The notes below the pieces were generated by a model that was not told the origin of the DNA, did no database searches, and saw only the letters and a list, made by a program, of their open reading frames with translations. DNA of 63,867 nucleotides, counting the filler, from Bacteroidales bacterium (GTDB lineage: Bacteria; Bacteroidota; Bacteroidia; Bacteroidales; CAIWKO01): NCBI GenBank assembly GCA_035389045.1. It is 5 parts of 5 records of this genome, joined end to end, with 100 filler letters (N's around TTAATTAATTAA, not from the genome) between each part and the next. Parts side by side here need not be neighbours in the genome. Positions count along the whole stretch, not along the records: positions 30,044 to 44,379 come from DAOORA010000088.1; positions 44,480 to 58,476 come from DAOORA010000090.1; 3 more parts are not named here. The stretch is one strand, 5' to 3'. Positions within the stretch are counted from its first letter, which is position 1. Each line of letters opens with the position of its first letter. This document shows positions 38,698-49,700 of the stretch, piece after piece. A program made the translations under genes and the position numbers.

Positions 38698-41600
38698 TCA
38701 GTGGACTAATTTCAAAACCAAACAATTTGATTTTTCTGATCCTGTAAACTCTAGCCTGAAAGTATACATTCCTGCCGGCAGGTTGTTTTGCGAAAATTCA
38801 ACAGTATGTTTTCCGCTACTCTGAACTTCATTTACAAGTTCGTTCACTAATTCGCCTATAGCATTGTAAACTCTTACTTTCACATTTCCATTTTCGGGCA
38901 GGCTATAGGTTAACGTAGCAACATTAGTAAATGGATTGGGATATCCTGAGAATTCAAATCCGGCTTCAGTATCATCACCCTGTAAAAACACCTTGGGCAT
39001 TGATAAGTATGCGTCTTCATTTTCTTCGCCATATTTATTTCCAATTACGCCTGTCCCGGAGAGAACAAAATCAAGCTCTCCCTTTTCTACTTTGTTAATC
39101 GAGCTGAAGCCCAACATGATCATTTCGTCGTCAGCAGCAACATCAAAATCGTTTGTCGTTGCATAAACAACCCTGATCACACCCCCTTCATCCGTCACCA
39201 GCAGATCATTATCTTCTGCAATTATTTCTTCGAGTGATGGATTGATCTTAACCATACCGTTCTTACCGTTGGTTTTTGGCATATAAGCGCTGACCAGCCT
39301 GTAATCATTACTCTGATAATTCAGCTCGAGCCCGAGAGCGGAGAATTCATTCATTTTGGAACTAATGCGCAATGGCACTTCAAAATATTTTGGATCGTTG
39401 ATAGTGACATAATCATCAGCAACAGCAATGATATTTTCCGGTAAGGACTTGGCCATGCTCCATGTAGTTAATGAATCACGGTATTTAGTGCTCGATGCAT
39501 TATAGTCACCATAACATATCGTTTTCAGGTCTATGCTCAGATTGGCGCCAGCAACGGTTAATGACGTATCAAGTTTTACCCAGTTGCCTTTGGGGAAGTT
39601 CTTGCTAATACTGTATGGAGCTCCGATCTTTGCCTTAATCCTGGAAATATCAATGGCATTGATTAATGAATTGTTATCCACATTAGCTGCCTTCCTGTAC
39701 TTTGGATAAAAATTCCTTGAAGGATCGGACATGGTATCTGTGCCAATATAATATTTAATAATTGTCAGATCGATGGCATTTACATCATTACCCCATTGCA
39801 TCGTGTCGACAGTATATTTATCATAGGATAATATATAATTTCCATCAGCAACATTATTGAATTGATAAACACCCGATGCGTCACTTGTATCACGTGCCAA
39901 TTCATTACCAGATGAATAATCTTTCAATATCACGATAACATTATCAATATTATATTTTATGGAATTATATGTGGCGGGATTTGGAGCAGGAATACCATTA
40001 TTTGCTTTGGCTGCATACTTTGTTTTGCCGCTTATGCTATGTCCGGCACCACAAAGATTAATCACAACGGCGCGATAAACTTCAATTGAAGGCCCGTCGC
40101 AACCATTGGCAGACACCTGAATGTTTACGTTTCCATAGTATCCGTTATTCCAGTGCATTACACCCAGGTTAGCATCAATCCATCCGGCATTGGTATCACT
40201 GATTGACCAGTTAAAACTATTTGAATATTGTGCCGTTGTGGAATAATAGGTCACTGTTGTATCATTTGTAAGCTGGCAAATGGGCTCAATTCCTGCAGAA
40301 ACAGTTATAGGCGTAGGAATTCCAACCGGAGGTAATATGACCACATAAAAAGTATTGGTGGTAGCTACCCCGCAGTAATCGGTTACTACACAATAAAAAT
40401 TAGCATCATTCTGAAGCAGGCCGGGATTATATGTACTCGTGGTAACTCCTGTCGAAATACCGTCTTTATGCCATAAATACGTGTACACTCCAGTCCCGCC
40501 ATTACCTGTGGCGGTAAGTGTTCCCGGACTGGTTTTATCACAAATCTGCGAATTTCCTCCGCTTAAGGTAGCTGTTACAAAGGGATAAACAGTAATGTCT
40601 ACAGTATCTGTAGTAATCGATCCACAAGACCCGGTAACTTCACAATAATATCCTGAACTTGAAGTAATATTACCCGGATTATAGGTGCTGTTTGTCGCAT
40701 TGGTAATTATCGTAGCCGGTGTCTTATACCACTGGTAGGTGAAAACACCTGTGCCGCCGGTACCGGTTGCCGTGAAAGTACCCGGGTCTGAATTATAACA
40801 GATTGGTGACGTGCCACCACTGATGGTTGCATCGATATCGTTGGCAATAGTGACAGTTTTTGTTGCCGTATTGACACAAGCGCCAATAGATACAGAATAT
40901 GTTATCAGAGATGTCCCTGCGGCAACTCCGGTGACAAGACCTGTTGAGGCATCTACTGTTGCTGTTGCCGGGTCACTACTTGTCCATGTTCCTCCAGTGC
41001 TGGTACTTGTCCAATTTTCAGAAGAACCGATACATATTGGCGTGTTTCCACTTAATGTCTGAAGAATAGGTTCTGTTATGGTCAGCATCTGAGTCGCAGT
41101 ATTAGAACAGGCTCCTACAGTCACCGTATAGGTAACCACAGTCGATCCCGCCGCAACACCGGTAACCATACCACTGATCGGTTCAATAGTCGCAATTGAA
41201 GGATTGTCTGATGCCCATATTCCTCCTGTTGTCGTACTTGTCCAGATAGTGTTCGATCCTATGCATACCGGTGTTGTCCCGGAAATTATCTGAGGTATCG
41301 GATCTGTCACGGTTACAGATTGTGTTGCTGTATTTACGCATCCTCCGATAGTCAATGAATAACTAATAATACATGCACCTCCGGATACTCCGGTTACCAG
41401 ACCCGATGAGGGATCAACTGTTGCCACTCCAATATTATCACTTGTCCATGTTCCGCCGTATGTGGAACTCGTCCATGTCGTTGTGGAACCGGCACAGATT
41501 TGCTGTAATCCGTTTATTGTCTGGGGGAAAGGAGCTGTTATCGTCGCTGTCTGTGTTGCTGTGTTTATACAACCTCCGACTGTTATTGAGTAAGTAATAA

Positions 41601-44379
41601 CAGCACTGCCATCAGAAATGCCTGTAACAACACCGGATAAAGGATCTGCCGTGGCTACACCAGGAGTATCACTTGTCCAGATTCCTCCCTGGGTTGTTGA
41701 AGTCCAGGTTTCTGCAGAGCCGACACATATCATTGAAGTTCCTGTGATGGTTTGTGGTAGGGGATCTGTTATGGTAACGGTTTGGGCTGCAGTATTTACA
41801 CAGCCACCAATTGTTATTGAATAAGTAATGACAGTCGTGCCTTCAGAAATACCGGTAACAACCCCGGTTGAGATGTCAACAGCGGCTACCCCGGGATTAT
41901 CGCTTATCCACGTTCCGCCATAGGTTGTACTTGTCCATGTCGCCGATAATCCCGTGCATATTTGTTGTAAACCAGTTAAAGTCTGAGGCATTGGATCTGT
42001 TATGGTTACTGATTTTGTAGCTGTGTTAACACAACCGCCAACTGTCACTGAATAGGTAATAATTGCAGTACCATCAGAAATCCCTGTCACAACACCTGAT
42101 AATGGGTCTACAGATGCTACACCGGGAGAATCACTTGTCCAGACTCCGCCAGATGTTGTTGCTGTCCAGGAATCAGTAGAACCAACACATAGCAATGTTG
42201 AACCCGTGATCGTCTGATCAATAGGAGCTGTAATGGTCACCGATTGAGTTGCTGAGTTAATACAACCTCCAATGGTAATTGAATAGGAAATAACAGCAGT
42301 ACCGGAAGAAACACCAGTCACCAGACCGGTCGAAGCATCTATGGTTGCAACACCAGGGGCGTCAATGGTCCATGTTCCTCCGGTAGTTGTGCTTGTCCAG
42401 ATTTCAGAAGATCCTAAACAAATCTGCTGATTACCGGTGATCGTCTGGGGAATAGGTGTAGATATCGTAACTGTTTGTGTAGCGGTATTTACGCATCCAC
42501 CAACCGTTACGGAATACATTATGATTGCAGTACCATCAGAAATACCGGTCACTAAACCGGTCAAAGCATCCACGGTGGCAACACCGGGTGTATCACTCGA
42601 CCATGTGCCACCAGTAGTCGTACTTGTCCATGTTTCAGATGAACCTACACAAATTAGAGACGTACCTGTTATCGTCTGATCCATTGGAACACTGATAGTT
42701 ATTGATGCAGATGCCGTATTGGTACAACCGCCAACGGTAACAGTATAAGTAATTACAACATTCCCGTCTGAGAGATAATTTACTAAACCGCTTGACGGAT
42801 CAATCGTTGCTAATCCAGGATCACTGCTCATCCAGGTTCCTCCCGAGGTGGTACTGGTTAAAACTTCCGTTAATCCGGTGCAAACCGGCGTTGTATAACC
42901 GGAAATCGTCTGAGGAATAGGATCAGATACAACAACGGTAACTGTTCCACACGATGATGAGCAAGAAGGATTATATGCCCTTGCATAGTAGGTTGTTGTC
43001 GTAACAGGCGTAACCGTAATGGAGTTTCCGGTTCCTATCAATGATCCGCCGCATGAACCTATGTACCAGTAAATAGTGGATCCTGGAACTGAAGCAGATA
43101 AATTTGTTGAACCGCTTCCGCAAATTGCTGGTGGTGACGCTACAGGTGTCGGTTCTGTCGTAGGATATATTACAACCGATGTCCCTGTATAGGCAGGCCC
43201 CCATCCGCAATTGTTTAATGCTCTGAAATAATAGGTGCCGGTAACTCCAACTACCTGCGAAGTGGAAGCATTAGCAGTGGACGTCCCGTCTCCTGTTGTA
43301 CCTTGCCAATAAATGGTTCCATTGGTACCACCCGTAGCCGTTAGTGTTGCGCTGGTACAGAAAGTACCGCCACCTGTTACGGTCACGACGCCGGGAACAT
43401 AATTAATGGTCACCGTAGCGCTACCCTGAGGACCCCATACACAGGAATTAAATGCCCTGAAATAATACGTCCCCGAAGCAGTCACCGTCTGTATTGTGGA
43501 AGGCGTTGCTGTGGAGGTTCCACCACTTGTGGTACCCTGCCAGTAAATCGTGCCTCCAGTACCTCCGGTTGCAGTAAGTGTTGCACTAGTGCAATAGGTT
43601 CCATCACCACTAACTGTCACAGCATCCGGTGCGCTGCTGATAGTGACCGTCACACTACCACAGCCTGAAGACCAGCAACCGGTAGTGGCATTAAATGCCC
43701 TTGCATAATAGGTGGTGGCCGAAGCAGGAGTAACAGTGAGCGGGCTTCCAGATCCAATCATTATACCACCGCAGGAACCTGTGAACCAATATATTGTTGT
43801 TCCAGGCACAGCTGCTGAAAGGCTTGATGAACCACCTGAACATATTACTGATGGTGTTGCCGAAGGAGATGGATCTGAAGGAAGTGTATTAATAGATATC
43901 ATTGCACTGCCTTCCTGTCCCCAACCGCAATTGTTAAGTGCTCTGAAGTAATAAGTTCCTGCAGCAGAAACTACCTGCATAGTAGACGGTGTCGCTGTTG
44001 AGGTGCCGCCACTAGTAGTACCCTGCCAATATATAGTTCCATTTGTACCCCCAGTTGCAATTAATGGTGTACTTGTCCCACTGCATATTGACCCACCACC
44101 AAGAACATTAACCGGCTCGGGAACATAATTAATGGTCACTGTAGCGCTGCCCTGGGTTCCCCAAACACAGGAGTTATAAGCCCTGAAATAATAGGTTCCT
44201 GAAGCAGTTACGGTCTGAATCGTAGAAGGTGTAGCTGTGGAAGTGCCACCGCTTGTGGTACCCTGCCAGTAAATCACGCCACCGGTACCGCCGGTTGCCG
44301 TCAGCGTTGTGCTGGTACAATAGGTTCCATCGCCACTAACCGTTACAGCATCGGGAGCGCTGCTGATAGTAACCGTCAC
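38698..44379 (-). CDS. Large T9SS-secreted adhesin (5' truncated by gap): Ig repeats, 9 Big_2-like repeats, dockerin-like, cohesin-like, T9SS type A CTD
   Basis: ~80-aa GTWxSxxPxVATVD..G.VTG repeats; VNAIDL..AANVDNNSLINAIDI; GDYNAS; YPNPF CTD. Confidence 0.85.
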   Translation of the reverse strand: MTVTISSAPDAVTVSGDGTYCTSTTLTATGGTGGVIYWQGTTSGGTSTATPSTIQTVTASGTYYFRAYNSCVWGTQGSATVTINYVPEPVNVLGGGSICSGTSTPLIATGGTNGTIYWQGTTSGGTSTATPSTMQVVSAAGTYYFRALNNCGWGQEGSAMISINTLPSDPSPSATPSVICSGGSSSLSAAVPGTTIYWFTGSCGGIMIGSGSPLTVTPASATTYYARAFNATTGCWSSGCGSVTVTISSAPDAVTVSGDGTYCTSATLTATGGTGGTIYWQGTTSGGTSTATPSTIQTVTASGTYYFRAFNSCVWGPQGSATVTINYVPGVVTVTGGGTFCTSATLTATGGTNGTIYWQGTTGDGTSTANASTSQVVGVTGTYYFRALNNCGWGPAYTGTSVVIYPTTEPTPVASPPAICGSGSTNLSASVPGSTIYWYIGSCGGSLIGTGNSITVTPVTTTTYYARAYNPSCSSSCGTVTVVVSDPIPQTISGYTTPVCTGLTEVLTSTTSGGTWMSSDPGLATIDPSSGLVNYLSDGNVVITYTVTVGGCTNTASASITISVPMDQTITGTSLICVGSSETWTSTTTGGTWSSDTPGVATVDALTGLVTGISDGTAIIMYSVTVGGCVNTATQTVTISTPIPQTITGNQQICLGSSEIWTSTTTGGTWTIDAPGVATIDASTGLVTGVSSGTAVISYSITIGGCINSATQSVTITAPIDQTITGSTLLCVGSTDSWTATTSGGVWTSDSPGVASVDPLSGVVTGISDGTAIITYSVTVGGCVNTATKSVTITDPMPQTLTGLQQICTGLSATWTSTTYGGTWISDNPGVAAVDISTGVVTGISEGTTVITYSITIGGCVNTAAQTVTITDPLPQTITGTSMICVGSAETWTSTTQGGIWTSDTPGVATADPLSGVVTGISDGSAVITYSITVGGCINTATQTATITAPFPQTINGLQQICAGSTTTWTSSTYGGTWTSDNIGVATVDPSSGLVTGVSGGACIISYSLTIGGCVNTATQSVTVTDPIPQIISGTTPVCIGSNTIWTSTTTGGIWASDNPSIATIEPISGMVTGVAAGSTVVTYTVTVGACSNTATQMLTITEPILQTLSGNTPICIGSSENWTSTSTGGTWTSSDPATATVDASTGLVTGVAAGTSLITYSVSIGACVNTATKTVTIANDIDATISGGTSPICYNSDPGTFTATGTGGTGVFTYQWYKTPATIITNATNSTYNPGNITSSSGYYCEVTGSCGSITTDTVDITVYPFVTATLSGGNSQICDKTSPGTLTATGNGGTGVYTYLWHKDGISTGVTTSTYNPGLLQNDANFYCVVTDYCGVATTNTFYVVILPPVGIPTPITVSAGIEPICQLTNDTTVTYYSTTAQYSNSFNWSISDTNAGWIDANLGVMHWNNGYYGNVNIQVSANGCDGPSIEVYRAVVINLCGAGHSISGKTKYAAKANNGIPAPNPATYNSIKYNIDNVIVILKDYSSGNELARDTSDASGVYQFNNVADGNYILSYDKYTVDTMQWGNDVNAIDLTIIKYYIGTDTMSDPSRNFYPKYRKAANVDNNSLINAIDISRIKAKIGAPYSISKNFPKGNWVKLDTSLTVAGANLSIDLKTICYGDYNASSTKYRDSLTTWSMAKSLPENIIAVADDYVTINDPKYFEVPLRISSKMNEFSALGLELNYQSNDYRLVSAYMPKTNGKNGMVKINPSLEEIIAEDNDLLVTDEGGVIRVVYATTNDFDVAADDEMIMLGFSSINKVEKGELDFVLSGTGVIGNKYGEENEDAYLSMPKVFLQGDDTEAGFEFSGYPNPFTNVATLTYSLPENGNVKVRVYNAIGELVNELVNEVQSSGKHTVEFSQNNLPAGMYTFRLEFTGSEKSNCLVLKLVH

Positions 44380-44479
44380 NNNNNNNNNNNNNNNNNNNNN
44401 NNNNNNNNNNNNNNNNNNNNNNNTTAATTAATTAANNNNNNNNNNNNNNNNNNNNNNNNNNNNNNNNNNNNNNNNNNNN
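44380..44479. other. Assembly gap/contig linker
   Basis: N run with TTAATTAATTAA. Confidence 0.99.
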
Positions 44480-44710
44480 AAAAATATCTCTTCAAACCAC
44501 TATCAATGCTACAAATTTAAAAGTAACTTCCGTTCATAAAAAACAGCCAAATTTTTTTTTAAAAATATAAAAAATATCTGTATGAATAACTATTTTAAAA
44601 AAATTACCGATCCGTTAACTGATCATATTGAACTAACAATTATACCCTAAATCTGTCAACTTTGTTGCAGATATCGGCAAGTTTCAGGGAGGCACTATTA
44701 TTTACCCGTG

Positions 44711-45706
44711 TCAGTTATAAGCCCATTTAAGGAAAACTGCGCCCCAGGTAAATCCGGCGCCAAAAGCAACCAGTACAACATTATCGCCTTTTTTCAGCTC
44801 GTTTTCCCGTTCCCATAAACATAAAGGGATAGATGCCGAAGTGGTGTTGCCGAATTTATCAATATTTACCATGGCTTTTTTTGCATCTATTCCGATACGC
44901 CGGACCGTTGCATCAATAATCCTTCGGTTTGCCTGATGCGGAACAAGCCATTCAAGGCTTTCGGCGGTCAGGTTGTTACGCTGCAAAATTTTTTCTGCTG
45001 CCTCCGCCATTTTCACCACAGCCACCTTAAAAACCGTTTGTCCTTCCTGATAGATAAAATGTTCATGGGCTTCAATGGTCTTATGGCTTGCGGGCTTTAA
45101 AGAACCGCCTGCCTTTTGATGAAGATAGGATCGTCCGCTACCATCCGTACCCATGACGGCATCAATGATGCCCAGCCCGTCGCTGGCCGGCTCGAGAAGC
45201 ACAGCACCAGCGCCGTCGCCAAAAATGATACATGTTGACCGGTCGGTATAATCCACAATGGATGTCATTTTTTCTGCACCGACGACAATTACTTTTTTAT
45301 AGTGCCCGGTTTCCACATATTTTGAGGCCGTAACCAGGGCATAAACAAAACCGGAACAACCCGCATTAAGATCAAAGCTGAAAGCATTTCTTATTCCGGT
45401 TTTGTCGCAGATGATATTTGCCGTAGCCGGAAACTGCATGTCGGGCGTTACTGTGGCACACACCAGCAAATCTATATCCGACGGCTTATTTCCTGTTTTC
45501 TCTAATAAAAGTTTTACGGCTTCAGCCCCCATGTCGGAAGAAGCCTTACCGTCTTCATTCAGTATACGCCGCTCATTGATACCTGTTCGGGTTCGTATCC
45601 ATTCTTCGCTGGTATCAACAATTTTTTCGAGTTCAGCATTGGTTAAAATATAATCCGGCACATAACCACTAACACCAGTTATTGCAGCCCTGATCTTAGT
45701 CATCAT
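44711..45706 (-). CDS. fabH: Beta-ketoacyl-ACP synthase III
   Basis: AGCSGF, FGDGAGA, PHQAN and GNTTSAS motifs. Confidence 0.97.
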   Translation of the reverse strand: MMTKIRAAITGVSGYVPDYILTNAELEKIVDTSEEWIRTRTGINERRILNEDGKASSDMGAEAVKLLLEKTGNKPSDIDLLVCATVTPDMQFPATANIICDKTGIRNAFSFDLNAGCSGFVYALVTASKYVETGHYKKVIVVGAEKMTSIVDYTDRSTCIIFGDGAGAVLLEPASDGLGIIDAVMGTDGSGRSYLHQKAGGSLKPASHKTIEAHEHFIYQEGQTVFKVAVVKMAEAAEKILQRNNLTAESLEWLVPHQANRRIIDATVRRIGIDAKKAMVNIDKFGNTTSASIPLCLWERENELKKGDNVVLVAFGAGFTWGAVFLKWAYN

Positions 45707-45726
45707 ATTCAGCTTATATTATTAAC

Positions 45727-45924
45727 TTATTTTTTCTTTTCTGCTTTTTCTGTTTTTTCCAATGCTGGTTTTCCCTTGTAATAGCCGCATTCCGGGCATA
45801 CCCTATGATAAAGGACCGGCGCTCCGCAATTGGAACAGATGGTCATGGTAACGTCTGCGGCTTTGATACTTGATCTTCTTTTCAGGGTTCTGGTCTTAGA
45901 GAACCTTCGTGTTGGATGTGGCAT
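45727..45924 (-). CDS. rpmF: 50S ribosomal protein L32
   Basis: MPHP.RR.SKTR..KRR, CSNCG..HRVCPECGYYKG. Confidence 0.95.
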   Translation of the reverse strand: MPHPTRRFSKTRTLKRRSSIKAADVTMTICSNCGAPVLYHRVCPECGYYKGKPALEKTEKAEKKK

Positions 45925-45928
45925 ATAA

Positions 45929-46450
45929 TTAGTTTTTTAATGTTAGTTTCTTTAATTCATCCCAACGGGGATCGATACTTTTATGATTAGCCAGGTCGTT
46001 GAGTTTTTTTAATATCTCAGGATTACACTTGCTGTTACCATCGTCATCCTCAGGGTGTACTCTGCGCTGAGGCAAGATTAACACAATGCTTTCGTAAATA
46101 TATTGACTCAGGTTTATCCTGTTCTCGTGAGCAGGTAATATGATAATATCGTCTGTTACTTCATCATCTTCGCTGCCGAATTTTATAATCAGCCGTTCAT
46201 TACCGGAAACAGGCTGGTCATATTCTTCAAGGCAACGGTCACATTCGCAGACTATATAACCCGTAAAACCAAATTTCAGCTCAAGTATACCCGCCATCTT
46301 GCTCAATTCAACCCGAACCAGAATATTACAATTATTAATCTCCTGGTAATCCAACTCACGAAAAAAATCTCCGGTAACAGAATACTCAAACTGATGTATA
46401 CCGTCGCTCAGTCCCGAAAACACCAAGTTGTACTGATCCAAATAACTCAC
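45929..46450 (-). CDS. yceD: DUF177/YceD family protein
   Basis: CDRCL and DPRW..LK motifs; lies upstream of rpmF; GTG start. Confidence 0.9.
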   Translation of the reverse strand: MSYLDQYNLVFSGLSDGIHQFEYSVTGDFFRELDYQEINNCNILVRVELSKMAGILELKFGFTGYIVCECDRCLEEYDQPVSGNERLIIKFGSEDDEVTDDIIILPAHENRINLSQYIYESIVLILPQRRVHPEDDDGNSKCNPEILKKLNDLANHKSIDPRWDELKKLTLKN

Positions 46451-46606
46451 GTTCTGTAAAAAATAAAAGTTTGCAAAGTTATAAATTTTTTTAATAACAA
46501 AAACTTTTTGACAAAAATGACCGTCAAATCAATAGTTTTTAGCTACTTAGTGTTTTGCAAAAACGGGTTTTCCGGCAAACTCTTTTTAGTGTCTGTCTTT
46601 AAAATC

Positions 46607-46731
46607 AGAGTTTGAACCAGAATGTTCGAGTTCGAGGCTTTCGTAGTCTTGAAAATCAAGGAGTTTACTATGGTAAACGACTGTTTTCAAGACAAGATTA
46701 ACGAAGAAATCGGACATTATGGGCAAACTCT
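46607..46731. mobile_element. ~125-bp cruciform MITE/REP-like element
   Basis: AGAGTTTG / CAAACTCT ends, with nested GTCTTGAAAA / TTTTCAAGAC and GTTTAC / GTAAAC pairs. Confidence 0.65.
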
Positions 46732-49700
46732 ATTTAAAGGCTTTTTCGGGCAGTCCATCTCCTTTCATGGCCAGCCGGCTGAAATAATCAGGTACTTTCT
46801 TACCGCAAAGTTCGTCCACGTAGAGTTTTGCCAAATACTGGCCGAGCATAAACCCTTGTCCGCGTAAGCCCAGAAACAAGCCAAGCTCCGTATCGATGAT
46901 CATCCGTGGTTCGACATAATATCCTGCCCATACCGCCTGGAATCCCACCGAAGAAAGCTGGGGAATCCAATCAATGAAGATTTCCGTTGCGATCTCAAAG
47001 AAATCCTGAGAATTGATTTTTACATTTTTATCGGCCTGCTGGGGATCTACGGCAGGAGATGCACAACCAATGATCTGTCCGGTTTCTGCAAGCTGCTGAC
47101 CATATACCGCTACAAATCCATTATAGCGGCGACGGTCAATAAGCATATCGAGAGGATTCCCTCTAAGCCCCATCATAGGAAGTCTCCGCGTAATAAATGC
47201 CTGATGTTTAACAGGATACAGCCCTGTTTCTATTCCAAGCATTTTGGCAAATTTTTCACCTCCAAAGCCTAAAGCATTGATAAACACCTCGGTATGATAC
47301 TCTACGTATTTTTGTTCGTGGTTACGGACTAATATTTTATAAGTATTCCCGTCTTTTCTGAGACTAACCATCTGGCAATCTTCCAGTATGGTACCTCCAT
47401 TATTTATTCCTATCCGCCGGATCAGGTCGATAACACGGCCCGGAGTAGCCTGCCAGCAATTTTCAGAGACCTGGGCGGCAAGGTATTTATTAAGGCCGGG
47501 ATTAATATAAGGAGAAATAATTTTTGCAAAGTCTCTTGGATCAACCATAATGGCATCTGACCACGACAACGAATCTACAAGAGCTTTGTACATTTCCTCG
47601 TCGTGGGCAAAGGTTACATAACGTGTCCGATGGTAGTCTATATTTTTTATTTTCTGCAAGTCTTTAAAAATCTGCAGGTTGTGTTGTGCTATATCGGCTA
47701 TTTCAGGCAAACTGAATGCCGGCCGTCCACCGGCAATATTACGCCATGAAGCTCCCCTGCCGAAATTTGCCATCACGGGTTTCAATCCTTCTTCGGCCAG
47801 ATAGCGGAACAGGGCGCTGCCGCCAATACCGCCGCCTGCAACAAAAGATGCCACGTTCACCACCTCCGGCTTTGATCCGTTATTGTTCACATGAACATTT
47901 TCGGATATCGTTTTAGGATACATTTCCCCAAAGCTTATCTGGTTCGACAAGGGACCTCGCGGAGTAGCCTCACCTACCACGGCAATATCATAACTTCTCA
48001 AAAGCTGTTTCAGCCTGCGGATACACCTTTTTCCGCGACATGCACCCATGCCCAGACGTGTGGTGTGTTTGATCTCATCAACGGAAATGAACTGACGGTC
48101 GCCGATAACATTGAGTATCTCCGATAAGGTCACATCGTCACAATGACAGATATATTTTTCAGCTTCTTTGGTCTTTCCGGCTTTTTGAAAATCAATTTTA
48201 TCAGGATAGTTATCTTTCACAATAAAACCACGGACATCTGTGAGCGTATCTCCGTGCAGCGTAAGTGATCTTACTCTTACCACATTGGTTTTATTGGTTT
48301 TTTTCAAAACTTTTTCAATAACACCTTCGCCGAGTTTTTCCCCGTCGTTGTTAACGAGAAAGACTTCCGCGTTTTCATCAACCTGGTATTCGACAGGCAG
48401 GAACAGCCAGTCTTTTTTCAGGTTGTAGCCAAAAATAGCCAATCCCGGGCACTGGTAAACGCAATCCATGCAGCCGACACATTTATCAAAATCAATCTGG
48501 GGAACCGTGCTGGTGGATGTTTTTGTAATGGCGCCGTGCGGACAGGCAAACTCACAAGGGTTGCATGCAAAGCCGTACAGGCAGTCGATCAGAACAAAAG
48601 GTTTGGCCTGCATGCGGCCGGGCGAGGGAATATACGGTTTCTGAATCACACGTAAGGGATGCTGTTGTGAGTCGATGTATTCTTTGGAAATGGCAAGGTA
48701 CTCATCATAATCGAATCGTTCTTCCATTTCATTCAAAATCTCAAAAGCCACCTGTTTGCCACGTACTACGGCGCTGGTGCCTTCGCCGATGCGTATGGCG
48801 TCACCGGCGCCAAAGCAATTTCTTCCAAAGATTTCGTTACCTTTTATCAGAAGCTGGTCATCAGGAACCAGTCCGGTACAAATATTTATGGCATCAATGC
48901 CCAGTATGGTCTTTTCGGTTCCGGGTACAGGATTGAAGTTCTCACATTCGGCGACCACGGCGCCAACGATACCGTCATGCTTTTCATTGGGCAGCGCTTT
49001 GATAAGGATATGGGATAGAATGACAGGAATACCCAGTCTTCTGACGCGGTTTGCCTGAACAGGGAATCCGCCTTCGTTGGGCAAGGCCTCGATGATGGCT
49101 TTAACATGTGCTCCTGCCTGCATCAGCTGGTAGGAAGTAAGGTACCCGATATTTCCGGCGCCGACCGTCAGCACGTTTTTACCCAGCAGGGTGAACTCGT
49201 TGTTCATCATTTTCTGAACCACAGCAGCAGTATAGACTCCGGGCAGGTCGTCGTTTTCAAATGCCGGCATAAAAGGAACAGCACCGGTGGCAACAACCAT
49301 ATATTCAGCATCAACAAAAAAGATGTCGCCGGTTTTCAGGTTTTTGGCAGCAATACGTTTCCCTTCGAGGATATCCCATACTGTGGAATCAAGCATGATA
49401 CCGTCGTGATCATCGCCTGCCAGGGTGGTGGCAATATCAAATCCGCGCATGCCTCCGAATTTCTGCTTTTTTTCGAAAAAGAAAAACTGATGGGTTTGCA
49501 TGATAAACTGTCCGCCTATCTTGTCGTTGTTGTCGAGTACAATATTTGAAATCTGATGTTTGTTCAGCTCTTCACGGCAAGCCAAACCTGCCGGGCCGGC
49601 GCCAATGATAACCACATCGGTTTTATAAACATCGTGAGGTTTTTCTGTTTGCGGCGGGATGTTCTCCGGAGTGTAATCTTTCGGAATTTCACGCACTTCT

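Noticed and set aside
44711..46450. Absence of plsX between rpmF and fabH
   Set aside because: The yceD-rpmF-fabH arrangement is ordinary in many Bacteroidota.
46622..46867. 81-aa + strand ORF
   Set aside because: Arises from the cruciform element and the antisense strand of the oxidoreductase.
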